A stretch of 64,000 bases of DNA from Longimicrobiales bacterium (GTDB lineage Bacteria > Gemmatimonadota > Gemmatimonadetes > Longimicrobiales > Gaopeijiaceae): assembly GCA_965218295.1 (NCBI GenBank), contig CBDCKN010000013.1:288001-352000 (forward strand), in the 5' to 3' direction. Both the position numbers and the translations under genes were made by a program. The notes beneath the pieces were generated by a model. It made no database searches and was not told the origin of the DNA. It was given only the letters and a program-made list of their open reading frames with translations. This document shows, piece by piece, positions 11,077 through 21,479 of the stretch. The number at the start of each line of letters is the position of its first letter. Within the stretch, counting starts at the first letter, position 1.

Positions 11077-12336
11077 CTAGACCCGTGCTGCAAGCTCTTG
11101 ATAGAGCGGGAATGCCTGGCACATCTCGTCGATCTGCCCGCGAACACTGCTGATCATGTTTTCGTCGGTCGGGTCGGCCAGCACGGTGACGATCCAATCG
11201 GCGATCTGTCGCATGTCTGCTTCACGAAGCCCCCGGGTCGTCACGGCAGGGGTCCCGATGCGGAGTCCCGAGGTGACGAACGGGGACCGGGTCTCTCCCG
11301 GAACCGTGTTCTTGTTGACCGTCATCCCCGCTAGCTCCAGAGCCTTTTCTGCCTCTTTGCCTGTGAGCTCTTCGTGACTCTTGCGAAGGTCCACGAGAAG
11401 CAGGTGGGTGTCCGTGCCCCCGCTGACCAGGAAGAGTCCATGCTCCAACAGACCCTCGGCGAGGGCCCGGGCGTTGGCGACGATCTGGCGCTGATAGATC
11501 TTGAAGTCGGGCTGCAGCGCCTCCCTCAACGCCACCGCTTTCGCGGCGATGATGTGCATCAAGGGGCCTCCTTGCGTGCCCGGGAAGATCGACTTGTCAA
11601 TGGCCTTCGCGTGCTCCTCCTTGCAGAGGATGAGCCCACCCCTGGGTCCCCGCAGCGTCTTGTGGATCGTCGAGGTCACCACGTCGGAGTGGGGCACAGG
11701 ACTTGGATGGAGCTCGGCGGCCACGAGCCCCGCGATGTGGGCCATATCCACCATCATGCAAGCGTCCACCTCTCTTGCGATCTCGCCGAAGGTCTCGAAA
11801 TCGAGGATGCGAGGATAAGCACTCGCACCCGCCACGATCATCTTCGGGCGCGCCTCCAACGCCTGCTCACGGAGGGCGTCGTAGTCGATTCGCCCATCGG
11901 ACTCGCGAATCCCGTACGCCACCACTTCGAAGAGCTGGCCGCTGAAGTTCACGGGCGATCCGTGGGTCAGGTGGCCCCCGTGATTCAGGTGCATTCCGAG
12001 GATCCTATCCCCGGGCTCCAGGAAGGCGAAGTACGCCGCCATGTTCGCCTGAGTTCCGGAGTGGGCCTGAACGTTGGCGTGATCGGCCCCGAAGAGCTCC
12101 ATGGCACGATCACGGGCGAGCTCTTCCGCCACGTCCACGTGCTCGCAACCGCCGTAGTACCGCTTGCCCGGAAGCCCCTCGGCGTACTTGTTGGCCATCA
12201 CGGTCCCCATGGCCTGCAGAACGGCCAGCGAGACGAAGTTCTCGCTGGCAATGAGCTCGAGCTGGGTGGACTGGCGCTCCGCCTCGGCTCGGATGGCCTC
12301 GAAGATCTGGGGGTCTGTGCTTTTCAAGTGGTCCAT
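11077..12336 (-). CDS. glyA: Serine hydroxymethyltransferase
   Basis: LIASENF, KYAEG, GGHLTHG and [10 protein letters not shown] motifs. Confidence 0.99.
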   Translation of the reverse strand: MDHLKSTDPQIFEAIRAEAERQSTQLELIASENFVSLAVLQAMGTVMANKYAEGLPGKRYYGGCEHVDVAEELARDRAMELFGADHANVQAHSGTQANMAAYFAFLEPGDRILGMHLNHGGHLTHGSPVNFSGQLFEVVAYGIRESDGRIDYDALREQALEARPKMIVAGASAYPRILDFETFGEIAREVDACMMVDMAHIAGLVAAELHPSPVPHSDVVTSTIHKTLRGPRGGLILCKEEHAKAIDKSIFPGTQGGPLMHIIAAKAVALREALQPDFKIYQRQIVANARALAEGLLEHGLFLVSGGTDTHLLLVDLRKSHEELTGKEAEKALELAGMTVNKNTVPGETRSPFVTSGLRIGTPAVTTRGLREADMRQIADWIVTVLADPTDENMISSVRGQIDEMCQAFPLYQELAARV

Positions 12337-12371
12337 GGCGGCTCGAAGCTATCGACGGAGGTGGATCGGGA

Positions 12372-13427
12372 CTAGATGTGGCTGCGCCGGAGGTTGCGCG
12401 CCTCGATGATGCGCTGCCAGGCGACCCGGTCCACGGCCTCGCTGGTGGGGATGTTCTCGGCCTGTGCCCTCTTGAAGATGCGGAGGAGCGTGTCGTAGAC
12501 TGACCCCGCCTTCTTCCGGCTCTGCTCGGGCGTCCAGCCCTGCAGCTCACCGTACACGTTGCACAGCCCGCCGGCGTTGATCACGTAGTCCGGCGCGTAG
12601 AGAATCCCCTGGTCGTGAATGGCCTGCCCGTGACGCGCCTCCGCCAGCTGGTTGTTGGCGGCCCCCGCCACGATGTGCATCTTGAGCACCTTCAAGGTGT
12701 CGTCGTTGATCACAGCGCCCAGCGCGCACGGCGCAAAGATGTCGGCGTCCACTCCGTAGACGTCCTCGTTGCCGACGGCCGTGGCTCCGAAGTCGTCTGC
12801 GACCCGCTGGATCCGCCCCTCGTCGATGTCGGTGACCGTGAGCTTGGCCCCGTCGGCCGCCAGGTCCTCACACAGGTGGTATCCCACGTGTCCGACTCCC
12901 TGGACGACGACGTGCTTGCCCTCCAGCGAATCGTCACCGTAGCGGAACTGAGCGCACGCCTTGATGCCCCGGTAGACTCCGAACGCCGTGATGGGCGACG
13001 GGTCTCCGGAGCCCTCTTTCAGGCCGGTTACCGAGTCCGTCTCCATACGGACGTACTCCATGTCGTCCACCGACGTACCGACGTCCTTGGCCGTGAGGTA
13101 GCGCCCCTTGAGCGACTCCACCGCCCGGCCGTGGGCGCGGAAGATCATCTCCCGTTCCGTGGTCCGGTTGTCGCCGAGGATCACGGACTTGCCGCCACCC
13201 AGGTTCAGGCCAGTGATGGCGGCCTTGTAGGTCATTCCGCGGGAGAGGCGCAGAACGTCGGTGATGGCCGCGGCGTCCGACGAGTAGTTCCAAAAGCGGG
13301 TGCCGCCTAGGGCCGGCCCCAGCGTGGTGTCGTGGATCGCTATGAGCCCCCTATACCCGATGGACGGCTCGCTCCAGAAGACGAGCTGCTCGTGGCCCCG
13401 CTCGGCCATCGCGTCAAATATCTCCAT
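12372..13427 (-). CDS. ldh: Leucine (Glu/Leu/Phe/Val) dehydrogenase
   Basis: LGPALGGTR, LSRGMTYK, LGGGKSV, GVGHVG, GAANNQL and PDYVINAGG motifs. Confidence 0.93.
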   Translation of the reverse strand: MEIFDAMAERGHEQLVFWSEPSIGYRGLIAIHDTTLGPALGGTRFWNYSSDAAAITDVLRLSRGMTYKAAITGLNLGGGKSVILGDNRTTEREMIFRAHGRAVESLKGRYLTAKDVGTSVDDMEYVRMETDSVTGLKEGSGDPSPITAFGVYRGIKACAQFRYGDDSLEGKHVVVQGVGHVGYHLCEDLAADGAKLTVTDIDEGRIQRVADDFGATAVGNEDVYGVDADIFAPCALGAVINDDTLKVLKMHIVAGAANNQLAEARHGQAIHDQGILYAPDYVINAGGLCNVYGELQGWTPEQSRKKAGSVYDTLLRIFKRAQAENIPTSEAVDRVAWQRIIEARNLRRSHI

Positions 13428-13512
13428 CACTCCGTTATCTCCATCACTCCGTCGACCTCTTCCTCAAGAGTTTGCGTTTGCCGAAGTCCGAGTGTGCCGG
13501 ACGATAGATGTG

Positions 13513-14715
13513 TCATGACCCGCTTCGTGCCTCCTTCAGGATTTCGCGGGCTACGACGAGGCGCATGATCTCGCTGGTGCCCTCGTAGATCTCCGTGCCC
13601 TTGGCGTCTCGCATCAACTTCTCGACGGGATAGTCGCGCATGTAACCATAGCCACCGAAGATCTGAACGGCCTCGTCGGTGACCCACATGGCGCTCTCGC
13701 TGGCCGTGAGCTTGACCATGGCCGCCACGGCGGGGATCGCGTCGGCACCTCGGGCGTCGCACCCGCCCTCCGCTTCCAGGCTTGCCGCAGCAGTGTGGAG
13801 TAGGGACCGGGAGGCGGCGATTCGGCTGGCCATGTCGGCCAGCTTGAACTGAATCGCGCCGAAGTCCGCGATGGCGTGTCCGAACTGGTGCCGCTCCACG
13901 GCATAGTCCGTGGCATGCTCGAACGCTTTTTGAGCGACCCCCACCGACTGGGCGGCGACTCCCAAGCGGCCCACGTTCAGAGCCTCCAGGGCATAGCGGA
14001 AGCCCTGAGTCGGATCCCCCAGCACGCGATCTGGCGCCACCTGGACGTCTTCCAGCTCAACCGACACGATCTGCGACGCGCGCAGCCCCATGGTGGTCTC
14101 TCTCCCGGTGACGGAATAGCCCTCGCTGTCTCGCTCCACGAGGAAGGCTCCCATGGAGCCTTCGCCCTCCGTGGCGTTCTCGGGCTCGTCGGCCACCTCC
14201 CTCTCGGTCGCCGCGAAGACGATGACGAGCCCCGCCCTATCCCCGTTGGTCACCCAGCGCTTGGTGCCGCTGAGGCTCCAACTCCCATCATCCCTGGATG
14301 CCGCACGAGTCTGGATGGACGCTGCGTCGCTCCCTGCCGAGGGCTCCGAAAGCGCGAACGCACCCAGAAGGGACCCCGAGGCGAGTGCGGGCAGGTACGC
14401 TTCTTTCTGCTCGTCCGAGCCGTGCTGGAGCAGCAGGGTGGTCACGGGCCCGTTATGGATCGCCACGGCGAGGGCGAGGCTGGCGTCTCCCCAGGCGAAC
14501 TCCTCGAGGGCGAGGAGATACGTCCCAAGATCCAACTCCAATCCGCAGTAACGCTCCGGCACGCGCATCCCCAGGAAGCCGAGCTCGCCGAGCTTCCCGA
14601 AGATCTCCGGATCCAGATCCCGCTCCTCGTCCCACCGGGCCGCGTGAGGACGGATCTCGCCCTCTGCGAACGCACGGGCCAGGGCCCGAATCTCGAGCTG
14701 CTCAGGCGTGAACAC
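13513..14715 (-). CDS. Short/branched-chain acyl-CoA dehydrogenase
   Basis: FALSEPSAGSD, GTKRWVTNG, QIFGGYGY and IYEGTSEI motifs. Confidence 0.95.
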   Translation of the reverse strand: MFTPEQLEIRALARAFAEGEIRPHAARWDEERDLDPEIFGKLGELGFLGMRVPERYCGLELDLGTYLLALEEFAWGDASLALAVAIHNGPVTTLLLQHGSDEQKEAYLPALASGSLLGAFALSEPSAGSDAASIQTRAASRDDGSWSLSGTKRWVTNGDRAGLVIVFAATEREVADEPENATEGEGSMGAFLVERDSEGYSVTGRETTMGLRASQIVSVELEDVQVAPDRVLGDPTQGFRYALEALNVGRLGVAAQSVGVAQKAFEHATDYAVERHQFGHAIADFGAIQFKLADMASRIAASRSLLHTAAASLEAEGGCDARGADAIPAVAAMVKLTASESAMWVTDEAVQIFGGYGYMRDYPVEKLMRDAKGTEIYEGTSEIMRLVVAREILKEARSGS

Positions 14716-14723
14716 GGCTAGAG

Positions 14724-15581
14724 TCAGGCGTCATACTCGTAAAACCCACGACCCGTCTTGCGGCCGAGCCAACCCGCCGCCACGTACTTGCGAAGGAGGG
14801 GGCACGGCCGGTAGCGGTCGTCTCCCAGCTCCCTGTGGAGGACCTCCATGATGCTGAGGCACGTGTCCAGACCGATGAAGTCGGCAAGGGCCAACGGACC
14901 CATGGGGTGGTTCATCCCGAGCGTCATGACCGCGTCGATGGCCTCTGCGTCGGCCACACCCTCCATGAGGGCGAAGACGGCCTCGTTGATCATGGGGCCG
15001 AGGATGCGATTCGACACGAACCCCGGGAAGTCGTTCACCTCCACCGGAGTCTTGCCGAGCTCCTGGGACAGGCCGACCACCGCGGCCGTCGTCCCGTCGC
15101 TCGTGGCCAGACCGCGAATGATCTCGATGAGCTTCATCACCGGCACCGGGTTCATGAAGTGCATCCCGATCACCCGGTCTGCCCGGCCCGTCTCCGCCGC
15201 GATGGCCGTGATGGAGATCGACGACGTGTTGCTCGCCAGAATCGTCTCGGATGCAGCCATGCCGTCGAGGCGCCGGAACAGGTCGAACTTGAGCTCGGCG
15301 TTCTCCGGAACCGCCTCGACCACCAGCTGGGTCCCCTCCACCGCCTCCTCCAGAGAGGTGGTGGGCCGGATTCGCCCGAGAGTCTCGTCCCGGGCAGGCT
15401 CGTCGATGATCTCCTTCTTCACCTGCCGATCCAGGTTCTTCGAGATCGTGGCGAGAGCGTTATCCAGAACCTCTTGTGACACGTCCGTGAGACGCACGTC
15501 GCGGCCGTGCTGGGCACAGACATGGGCGATCCCGTTGCCCATGGTGCCTCCACCGATCACCGTAATCCTTTCTATCGTCAT
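14724..15581 (-). CDS. hbd: 3-hydroxybutyryl-CoA dehydrogenase
   Basis: [28 protein letters not shown] and HPMGPL motifs. Confidence 0.96.
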   Translation of the reverse strand: MTIERITVIGGGTMGNGIAHVCAQHGRDVRLTDVSQEVLDNALATISKNLDRQVKKEIIDEPARDETLGRIRPTTSLEEAVEGTQLVVEAVPENAELKFDLFRRLDGMAASETILASNTSSISITAIAAETGRADRVIGMHFMNPVPVMKLIEIIRGLATSDGTTAAVVGLSQELGKTPVEVNDFPGFVSNRILGPMINEAVFALMEGVADAEAIDAVMTLGMNHPMGPLALADFIGLDTCLSIMEVLHRELGDDRYRPCPLLRKYVAAGWLGRKTGRGFYEYDA

Positions 15582-15634
15582 GCCGTCCTCGGCTCTCTGA
15601 ACAAGACTTCTTCCGCGGCGGCGGGAAGCGTGTC

Positions 15635-15688
15635 CTAGTGTTCCGTTTCCGAAGTTCGCGAGCCATCAAGAGGGTCGGGGCGCCGTGG
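15635..15688. repeat. Truncated copy of the CTAG-bounded palindromic intergenic element (family A)
   Basis: ctagtgttccgtttccgaagttcgcgagccatcaagagggtcggggcgccgtgg is near-identical to 33232-33285. Confidence 0.9.
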
Positions 15689-15692
15689 AAGG

Positions 15693-16904
15693 CTAAGACT
15701 TCTCGACCGAGAGGGCGACGGCGTTCCCTCCCCCGAGGCAGAGCGAGGCCATCCCCGTCTCGACGCTCCGATCGTCCATGGCGTTCAGCAACGTCACCAG
15801 GATGCGGGCGCCGGACGCACCGATAGGGTGTCCCAGCGCCACCGCGCCACCGTGCACGTTCACCCGGTCCGGATCGACCCCTAACTCCCTCATGTCCGCC
15901 AGGGCCTGCACGGCGAACGCCTCGTTGAGCTCGAAGAGACCATAGTCGCCGACGCTCTTCCCTTCCTTGGCCATGAGGTTCCGCACTGCGGCAATGGGGG
16001 CGAAGAAGAGATCCTTCGGCTCGGTCCCACTGGCGGCGTATCCGGAGATGGTGGCCTCCACGGTCAACCCATGGGTCTCGGCGAACTCCAGCGACGTCAC
16101 GACCAGGGCGGCAGCAGCGTCGTTGAGCCCCGGCGTGTTGCCTGCGGTCACGACCAGCTCGTCGAGGCCCTCGGGAGCGTCCTTGGGGAACGCCGGCCGG
16201 AGCTTGCCCAGAGCCTCGAGAGAGGTCTCACGTCTCGGCGACTCGTCGGTGTCGACGACCGTGGTGCCCCGAGGCGTCCCGACGGAGACCGGAACGATCT
16301 CGGCGTCGAACTTGCCCTCGTCCATGGCCGCCACAGCGAGCGTATGAGAGCGGAGCGAGAACTCGTCCGCATCTTGTCGCGTGATACCCGCCTTCGCAGC
16401 AGTGTACTCCGCGTGCCCCCCCATGTGGCAGTGGCCGAACGCACACCAGAGGCCATCCAGGATGAGCCCGTCCTCGACCTTCTGATCGCCGAACTTCACC
16501 CCGGAGCGGAGTCCCCGAACGTAGAACGGGACGTTCGACATTGATTCCATGCCCCCCGCCACCACCGCCTTGGCATCGCCTGCGCGGATGGCCTGGGCGC
16601 CCAGCATCACTGCCTTGAGGCCCGATCCACAGACCTTGTTGATCGTGACAGAGGGAACCGTGGCCGGAATCCCGGCGCTGATGGCCGCCTGGCGGGCGGG
16701 GGCCTGCCCTTCGCCGGCCACCACGACGTTCCCCATGATGACTTCGTCAACGGCGGTGACGTCGATACCGGAGCGCTCCACGGCCGCGCCGATGGCCACG
16801 GCGCCCAGCTCAGGCGCCGACAGGGGGCCGAGGCCGCCCAGGAAGCGTCCAATGGGGGTCCGGGCTCCGGCGACGATTACCGGAATCCTCGCCTTATCGC
16901 TCAT
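15693..16904 (-). CDS. Acetyl-CoA C-acetyltransferase (thiolase)
   Basis: INKVCGSG, NEAFA, GHPIGASG and CLGGG motifs. Confidence 0.97.
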   Translation of the reverse strand: MSDKARIPVIVAGARTPIGRFLGGLGPLSAPELGAVAIGAAVERSGIDVTAVDEVIMGNVVVAGEGQAPARQAAISAGIPATVPSVTINKVCGSGLKAVMLGAQAIRAGDAKAVVAGGMESMSNVPFYVRGLRSGVKFGDQKVEDGLILDGLWCAFGHCHMGGHAEYTAAKAGITRQDADEFSLRSHTLAVAAMDEGKFDAEIVPVSVGTPRGTTVVDTDESPRRETSLEALGKLRPAFPKDAPEGLDELVVTAGNTPGLNDAAAALVVTSLEFAETHGLTVEATISGYAASGTEPKDLFFAPIAAVRNLMAKEGKSVGDYGLFELNEAFAVQALADMRELGVDPDRVNVHGGAVALGHPIGASGARILVTLLNAMDDRSVETGMASLCLGGGNAVALSVEKS

Positions 16905-16953
16905 GAATGCACCGTCTTTCCAGGTTCTGATCCGTCCGGCCGTCGGCCGGGCA

Positions 16954-17808
16954 TCACTGTAATTTAGTGAGATTTGGACTCGGGCCCAGAAGGGAGAGCT
17001 GCTGGCCCTGCCGGGGCCGGGACGGGCGGCGGCGCTTCCGTAGGAAGGCCTTCAGGGACTCGAGGTCCGTGAGGTCCTGGTTGGCGGCCTCATCCAGGAG
17101 TCGGAGCAGGACGCGAGCCGTTGTCAGGGCGTCTCCGTGGGCCCGGTGGCGAGCCGTGATCGCGATGTCGAAATGACGGGCCAGTGAATCCAGGTTACGG
17201 CGCCGGAGCCGGGGAAGGATGTGGCGAGCCATGCGCACGGTGCAGAGGCGCTCGACCCGAGGAACCTCGCCGATGGCCTCGGCCAGCTGCTGGCTCACGA
17301 ACCCCCAGTCGAAACGCGCGTTGTGCGCGACGAAAACCCGATCCCGGAGTCGCTCGAGAACGTCGGGCGCGATCTGATCGAAGTAAGGGGCGGAGGACAC
17401 GATGTCGTTGGTGATTCCGGTGAGCGCGGCGATGCGGGGAGGAATGCCCCGGCCTGGATTGACCAGGGTACGGTACTCGTCAGCCACGACTCCGTCGCGG
17501 ACCTCGTAGATTGCCACTTCCGTGATCCGATGCCCCCGCCGGTAGGGACCACCGGTGGTTTCCACGTCCACGACCGCGTATCGAAGGTCGGCCAGGGGAG
17601 TGCCGGGCCGTGGCCCCTGAAGAGACCAGAGACCCTCGGAATCGACATGAAACCGGGAATCCGAACCGAGGAGGGTGAAGACAGCGGCCGAGGCGGCGCC
17701 GGGATTCCCGGAAAGACCCAGGACCTCTCTCGCCAAGTCGAGCGTGCTGGTGGCACTCCGCTCCAAAACGGAGGCGGCATGGTGGATCAGGCCCCGGTCG
17801 CCCTTCAC
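16954..17808 (-). CDS. DEDDh 3'-5' exonuclease (Pol III epsilon-like) with an N-terminal extension
   Basis: VVDVETTG, VAHNARFD and HRAHGDA motifs. Confidence 0.9.
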   Translation of the reverse strand: MKGDRGLIHHAASVLERSATSTLDLAREVLGLSGNPGAASAAVFTLLGSDSRFHVDSEGLWSLQGPRPGTPLADLRYAVVDVETTGGPYRRGHRITEVAIYEVRDGVVADEYRTLVNPGRGIPPRIAALTGITNDIVSSAPYFDQIAPDVLERLRDRVFVAHNARFDWGFVSQQLAEAIGEVPRVERLCTVRMARHILPRLRRRNLDSLARHFDIAITARHRAHGDALTTARVLLRLLDEAANQDLTDLESLKAFLRKRRRPSRPRQGQQLSLLGPSPNLTKLQ

Positions 17809-18446
17809 TCCTTCCCTTCTTCCTGGCTCAATGCGAAGGAGAGCGCTTCCAGCTCCACGACCATGTTCACGTCCTTCACCGTAATACCCTCGGGGACTTT
17901 AAGCGTGGTGGGAGCGAAGTTGAGAATACCGCGTACCCCCGCGCCGGTGACCCGATCCATGACGGCGGGGACGGCGCTCACGGGAACGGCGAGGATGACA
18001 ATCTCGACGCCTTGCTTCCGGACGATGTCCTCGAATTCGCAGATGTCATGTACCGTCAGGTCGGCCAAGCGCTCACCGATCTTCGATGGGTCGACGTCCA
18101 GAATGGCGACGATGTCGTAGCCCCGCTCCTGGAATCCGCCGTACTCGACCAGAGCCGACCCGATGCGGCCGACCCCCACCAGAGCCACCCGCCAGCGCCG
18201 GTCGAGGCCGAGGATCTTCCGAACTCGAAATGCAAGCTCCGCCGCACCGTAGCCAAGCCCTCGCTTGCCGAAGGAGCCGAACAGGGACAGGTCCTTCCGC
18301 ACCTGCGCCGCCGTGGTGTCGCTGCGGATGGCCAGCTGTTCGCTGGATACTGTCCTCTCACCGTCTCGCTCGAGATGCTCCAGGATCCGGAGATAGAGCG
18401 ACAGCCGGCGGATGGCGGACTCGGAGATCTTCTTCGATATGGACAA
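17805..18446 (-). CDS. rex: Redox-sensing transcriptional repressor Rex
   Basis: IRRLSLYLR, QVRKDLSLFGSFGKRGLGY, VGVGRIG and ILNFAP motifs; start codon (TTG) approximate. Confidence 0.96.
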   Translation of the reverse strand: MSISKKISESAIRRLSLYLRILEHLERDGERTVSSEQLAIRSDTTAAQVRKDLSLFGSFGKRGLGYGAAELAFRVRKILGLDRRWRVALVGVGRIGSALVEYGGFQERGYDIVAILDVDPSKIGERLADLTVHDICEFEDIVRKQGVEIVILAVPVSAVPAVMDRVTGAGVRGILNFAPTTLKVPEGITVKDVNMVVELEALSFALSQEEGKE

Positions 18447-18481
18447 CGTGGAAACCCGGTTAAACCCTTCCGTACCCTGGC

Positions 18482-18499
18482 TTGTGAAAAGCTTCACAA
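18482..18499. promoter_or_regulatory. Rex operator (perfect palindrome)
   Basis: TTGTGAA-AAGC-TTCACAA matches the consensus TTGTGAA-N4-TTCACAA and lies just upstream of rex. Confidence 0.92.
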
Positions 18500-18528
18500 T
18501 ACTAGGCAGGGGGGGGCTGAAGCGTCAA
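18499..18528 (-). promoter_or_regulatory. sigma70-type promoter of the rex operon
   Basis: TTGACG-18 bp-TAGTAT on the minus strand; the -10 abuts the Rex box. Confidence 0.7.
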
Positions 18529-19343
18529 ACGCGGGCTCTTCGACCCATCCCCTCTCCGACCAGTTTCGACAGTCGTACGAATTCCTCGGGCTTGAAGGTC
18601 TCCGGCCGGCGCGTGAGATCCCAGCCCGTCTCGCGACCGATCCGGTGCAGGGCTTCCCGGGAAAGGCCGAGGTCGACGTGCTCACGGAGGGTCTTCTGAA
18701 ACTGCTTTCGCCTCCACTGGAAAGCTGCCCGCGTCAGGTTCCGGAGCGAGATCTCCTCCTCGAGGGAGAGGGGCGGAGGGACAGTCGGTCTGATCCGTAC
18801 CACGCTGGAGTCGACGCGGGGCATAGGCCGGAACGCCGTCCGTGGGACGCGGACCACACTTTCCACCCGGGCGACGCTCCTGACCCCCACCGAGAGAGCT
18901 CCGTACTCCGAGGTTCCCGCGGCCGCAACCAGGCGGTCGGCTACCTCGCGCTGAACCATCAGGAGGATGTCCTTGGCCCGGGGGCGCTCCAGCAGCTTGA
19001 AGATTATGGGGGCCGTGATGTTGTAAGGGATGTTTCCCACCACCAGCAGCCGATTCGGATCCTCGGTGAGGGCGGTGAGGTCCAGCTTCAGGAAGTCCTG
19101 GTGTCTGACATCCACATCGGGACGGTCGCCCCACTCCCCTTCGAGCTCGTCCGCGAGCTCGTCATCCAGCTCGACCAGGATGAGGCGGCCTACCCGGCCC
19201 ACGAGGTGGCGTGTGAGCGCCCCATGGCCGGGGCCGATCTCCAGGACGGTGTCCGACGGCGAGGGGTCGAGGGCCTCGACGATCTTCCGCTGGAGATTGG
19301 GATCGACGAGGAAGTTCTGCCCGAGAGATTTCTTCGCGCGCAT
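18525..19343 (-). CDS. rsmA: 16S rRNA dimethyladenosine transferase
   Basis: KKSLGQNFL, LEIGPGHG, GNIPYNIT and MVQREVA motifs. Confidence 0.97.
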   Translation of the reverse strand: MRAKKSLGQNFLVDPNLQRKIVEALDPSPSDTVLEIGPGHGALTRHLVGRVGRLILVELDDELADELEGEWGDRPDVDVRHQDFLKLDLTALTEDPNRLLVVGNIPYNITAPIIFKLLERPRAKDILLMVQREVADRLVAAAGTSEYGALSVGVRSVARVESVVRVPRTAFRPMPRVDSSVVRIRPTVPPPLSLEEEISLRNLTRAAFQWRRKQFQKTLREHVDLGLSREALHRIGRETGWDLTRRPETFKPEEFVRLSKLVGEGMGRRARV

Positions 19344-19367
19344 CGGCTCGCTCAGCCGCGCGGCCGG

Positions 19368-19426
19368 ACTCTGAGCCTCGCAAGACCCCTGTGCGCGACC
19401 CACTGTACCTCCTCCACAGGCCTCTA
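19368..19426. repeat. Intergenic repeat, family B (internally deleted copy)
   Basis: actctgagcctc.caagacc...gcgcgacccactgtac...ggcctct is shared with 51408-51487. Confidence 0.75.
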
Positions 19427-21001
19427 AGTCCTCAGGACGATCGCTGTCCGGTCGTCCGCCGGGATGTGTGGGGTCGCGGCTTCGGCCATGTCGAAGAGAG
19501 CGTCCACGATCTGGGCGGAAGCCGCGCTTCCCTGAGCGGTCACCGCTTCCAGAACGGTCGCTTCACCACTTCCGGGCTCCTCGGTGGCCAGTGTATCGGA
19601 GAGACCGTCCGTGAAGAGGAGCAACAGATCCCCCCGCGCCCACGCGGCCCGACCCTGGTGGTAGGACTCGGGCCCGGCGAAGCCCACCGGGGGGTCGGTG
19701 GCGGCCAGGCGCTCGGCCTCGCCACCCGCACGGAACACGAAGGCATGAGGATGTCCGGCGTTGGAGTACTGCAGCTCCTCGGCCGCGGGATTGATGACCA
19801 CGTAGCAGAGGCTGAGGAACATCTCCGTGGTCTCGAGCTCGTCGCTGAGAGCGTCGTCCATCTTTCTGAGAACCACGGACGGGTCGCGCGACTCGAGTGC
19901 GTAGATACTCGCCGCGCTCATGGACAATGCCATGATCAGAGCCGCCGGGAATCCGTGAGTCGAGACATCGCCGATCATCACCCCGATCTTGTCGTCCGGA
20001 AGCTTGAAGATATGGAAGAAGTCCCCGCCGACTTGCTCGGCGGATGCCACCCGGGCGGCCACGTCGGCCTGGTCGAACGCCTCCGGAGACTTCAGGAGCT
20101 TCATCTGCAGATGATGGGCCAGCTCCATCTCGTGGCTCATCCGCTCCTGGGCCATGCTCTCCTGGATCAGCCGATTGTTCTCGAGGGCCGCACCAATCTG
20201 GCTAGCTATGGCGGACAGGAGCCTCTCGTCACCAACCGCGAAGGGATCACCCCGCATACGGCCGAAAAGGTTGATGACGCCGACCGTGCGCACCTCTCCG
20301 GATGGTGGGCTGTAGCTGATGGGGACGGAGATGTCGGTCGTGGCCCCCCCGTTCCGCGGGTCGTCGGGATCGGCGCGGCCACCGATGCGCGATCGGCCCT
20401 CCTCGAATACCAGGGAGGTGACGGCATCCGGATGGTCGCCACCTGGTGGATCCTGGGCTCCGTCCTGTCCCACTGCCGCGGTGAGGTGAAGGAGGTTCTG
20501 CCGGGGATCATGCACCCATAGGGAGCCCCGCTCGGCGTCCAGCACGTCGCACACTTCCTTCAGGATTGCGTCTGCGGCATCGTCGAGCTTGAGGATCGAT
20601 CCCAGCGTCTCGCTGATGGAGTAGAGAAGGTTGATCTCCTCATAGCGCTCCGACAACTCGTACGTGAAGAAATGGATCTCCTGGGCGAAGTCCAGCGCTC
20701 GTTCGAGGTTCCCCTGAAGGATGGAAGCCAACGGCTCGAGCCGCAGATCACTGGAGGGTCGGATCTCGAGCTCCAACGGAGGTCCGTCCTTGGGAGAGAT
20801 GGACCTCAGCACACAGCCGTCCACCGGGGGATAGGCCTCACTGCTTTCGGGGGTATCGTAGGGGTAGAGATGACGGGCACGAGTCCCGTCTTCCTCGACG
20901 CTCCAGAGGTGGACGTCGAGGCCGAGTTGCCCACGGAACTCGTCCAGGGTTTGTTCGACCGGGATAGGAAGGACTGGGCCAGGCCCGCCTTCCGGGGTCA
21001 T
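19424..21001 (-). CDS. GAF-domain PP2C/SpoIIE phosphatase (RsbU-like)
   Basis: GAF region followed by VGGDFF, GDVSTHG, NAGHP, FTDGL and DDRT motifs. Confidence 0.92.
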   Translation of the reverse strand: MTPEGGPGPVLPIPVEQTLDEFRGQLGLDVHLWSVEEDGTRARHLYPYDTPESSEAYPPVDGCVLRSISPKDGPPLELEIRPSSDLRLEPLASILQGNLERALDFAQEIHFFTYELSERYEEINLLYSISETLGSILKLDDAADAILKEVCDVLDAERGSLWVHDPRQNLLHLTAAVGQDGAQDPPGGDHPDAVTSLVFEEGRSRIGGRADPDDPRNGGATTDISVPISYSPPSGEVRTVGVINLFGRMRGDPFAVGDERLLSAIASQIGAALENNRLIQESMAQERMSHEMELAHHLQMKLLKSPEAFDQADVAARVASAEQVGGDFFHIFKLPDDKIGVMIGDVSTHGFPAALIMALSMSAASIYALESRDPSVVLRKMDDALSDELETTEMFLSLCYVVINPAAEELQYSNAGHPHAFVFRAGGEAERLAATDPPVGFAGPESYHQGRAAWARGDLLLLFTDGLSDTLATEEPGSGEATVLEAVTAQGSAASAQIVDALFDMAEAATPHIPADDRTAIVLRT

Positions 21002-21441
21002 GCCGAGGCCCCTCCCGTGAGGTCGGGACGCCCCTCCTCCAGGCGAAGGATGAGGGTAACGGAGTTTCCTTCCTCATTGAATCGGACTTCGTCCATCAGC
21101 GATCTCATGAGGAAGATGCCGCGGCCACCGGACTTGCTGAGGTTGCCCGGAAGTGTGGGGTCGGGCACGGTCGTGTGGTCGAAGCCCGTTCCCTGGTCGG
21201 TTACACGGGCCGTGACCTCCTCCTCCCGAACCGTCACCTCGATCCGGACGTGCTTCCCGGGATCACGGTCGTTGCCGTACAACATCGCGTTGGCCAGCGC
21301 CTCGGTGAGACCGACACGGAAGTTCAGGTTCAGTTTTCGCGCATAGGCGCAGCAGCTAGAGCAGTGCTCCATCACGTACTCTACCGCGTGCTCGATGGAC
21401 CGAATGTCGTTCGGTAGCTCCAGGATGAGTTTTCGATCCAC
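20998..21441 (-). CDS. Anti-sigma factor Ser/Thr kinase (RsbW-like, HATPase_c)
   Basis: EALANA, VTDQGTGFD and GGRGIFLMRSLMDEV motifs. Confidence 0.92.
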   Translation of the reverse strand: MDRKLILELPNDIRSIEHAVEYVMEHCSSCCAYARKLNLNFRVGLTEALANAMLYGNDRDPGKHVRIEVTVREEEVTARVTDQGTGFDHTTVPDPTLPGNLSKSGGRGIFLMRSLMDEVRFNEEGNSVTLILRLEEGRPDLTGGASA

Positions 21442-21479
21442 TCGTTACCCTCTGCGGGGGATCAGCTTGATCGCCGGCC

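Noticed and set aside
15460..15669. ORF starts '[11 protein letters not shown]' here and '[11 protein letters not shown]' ahead of dnaJ as a shared protein domain
   Set aside because: Both are translations of the non-coding family A repeat; dnaJ starts at 33218.
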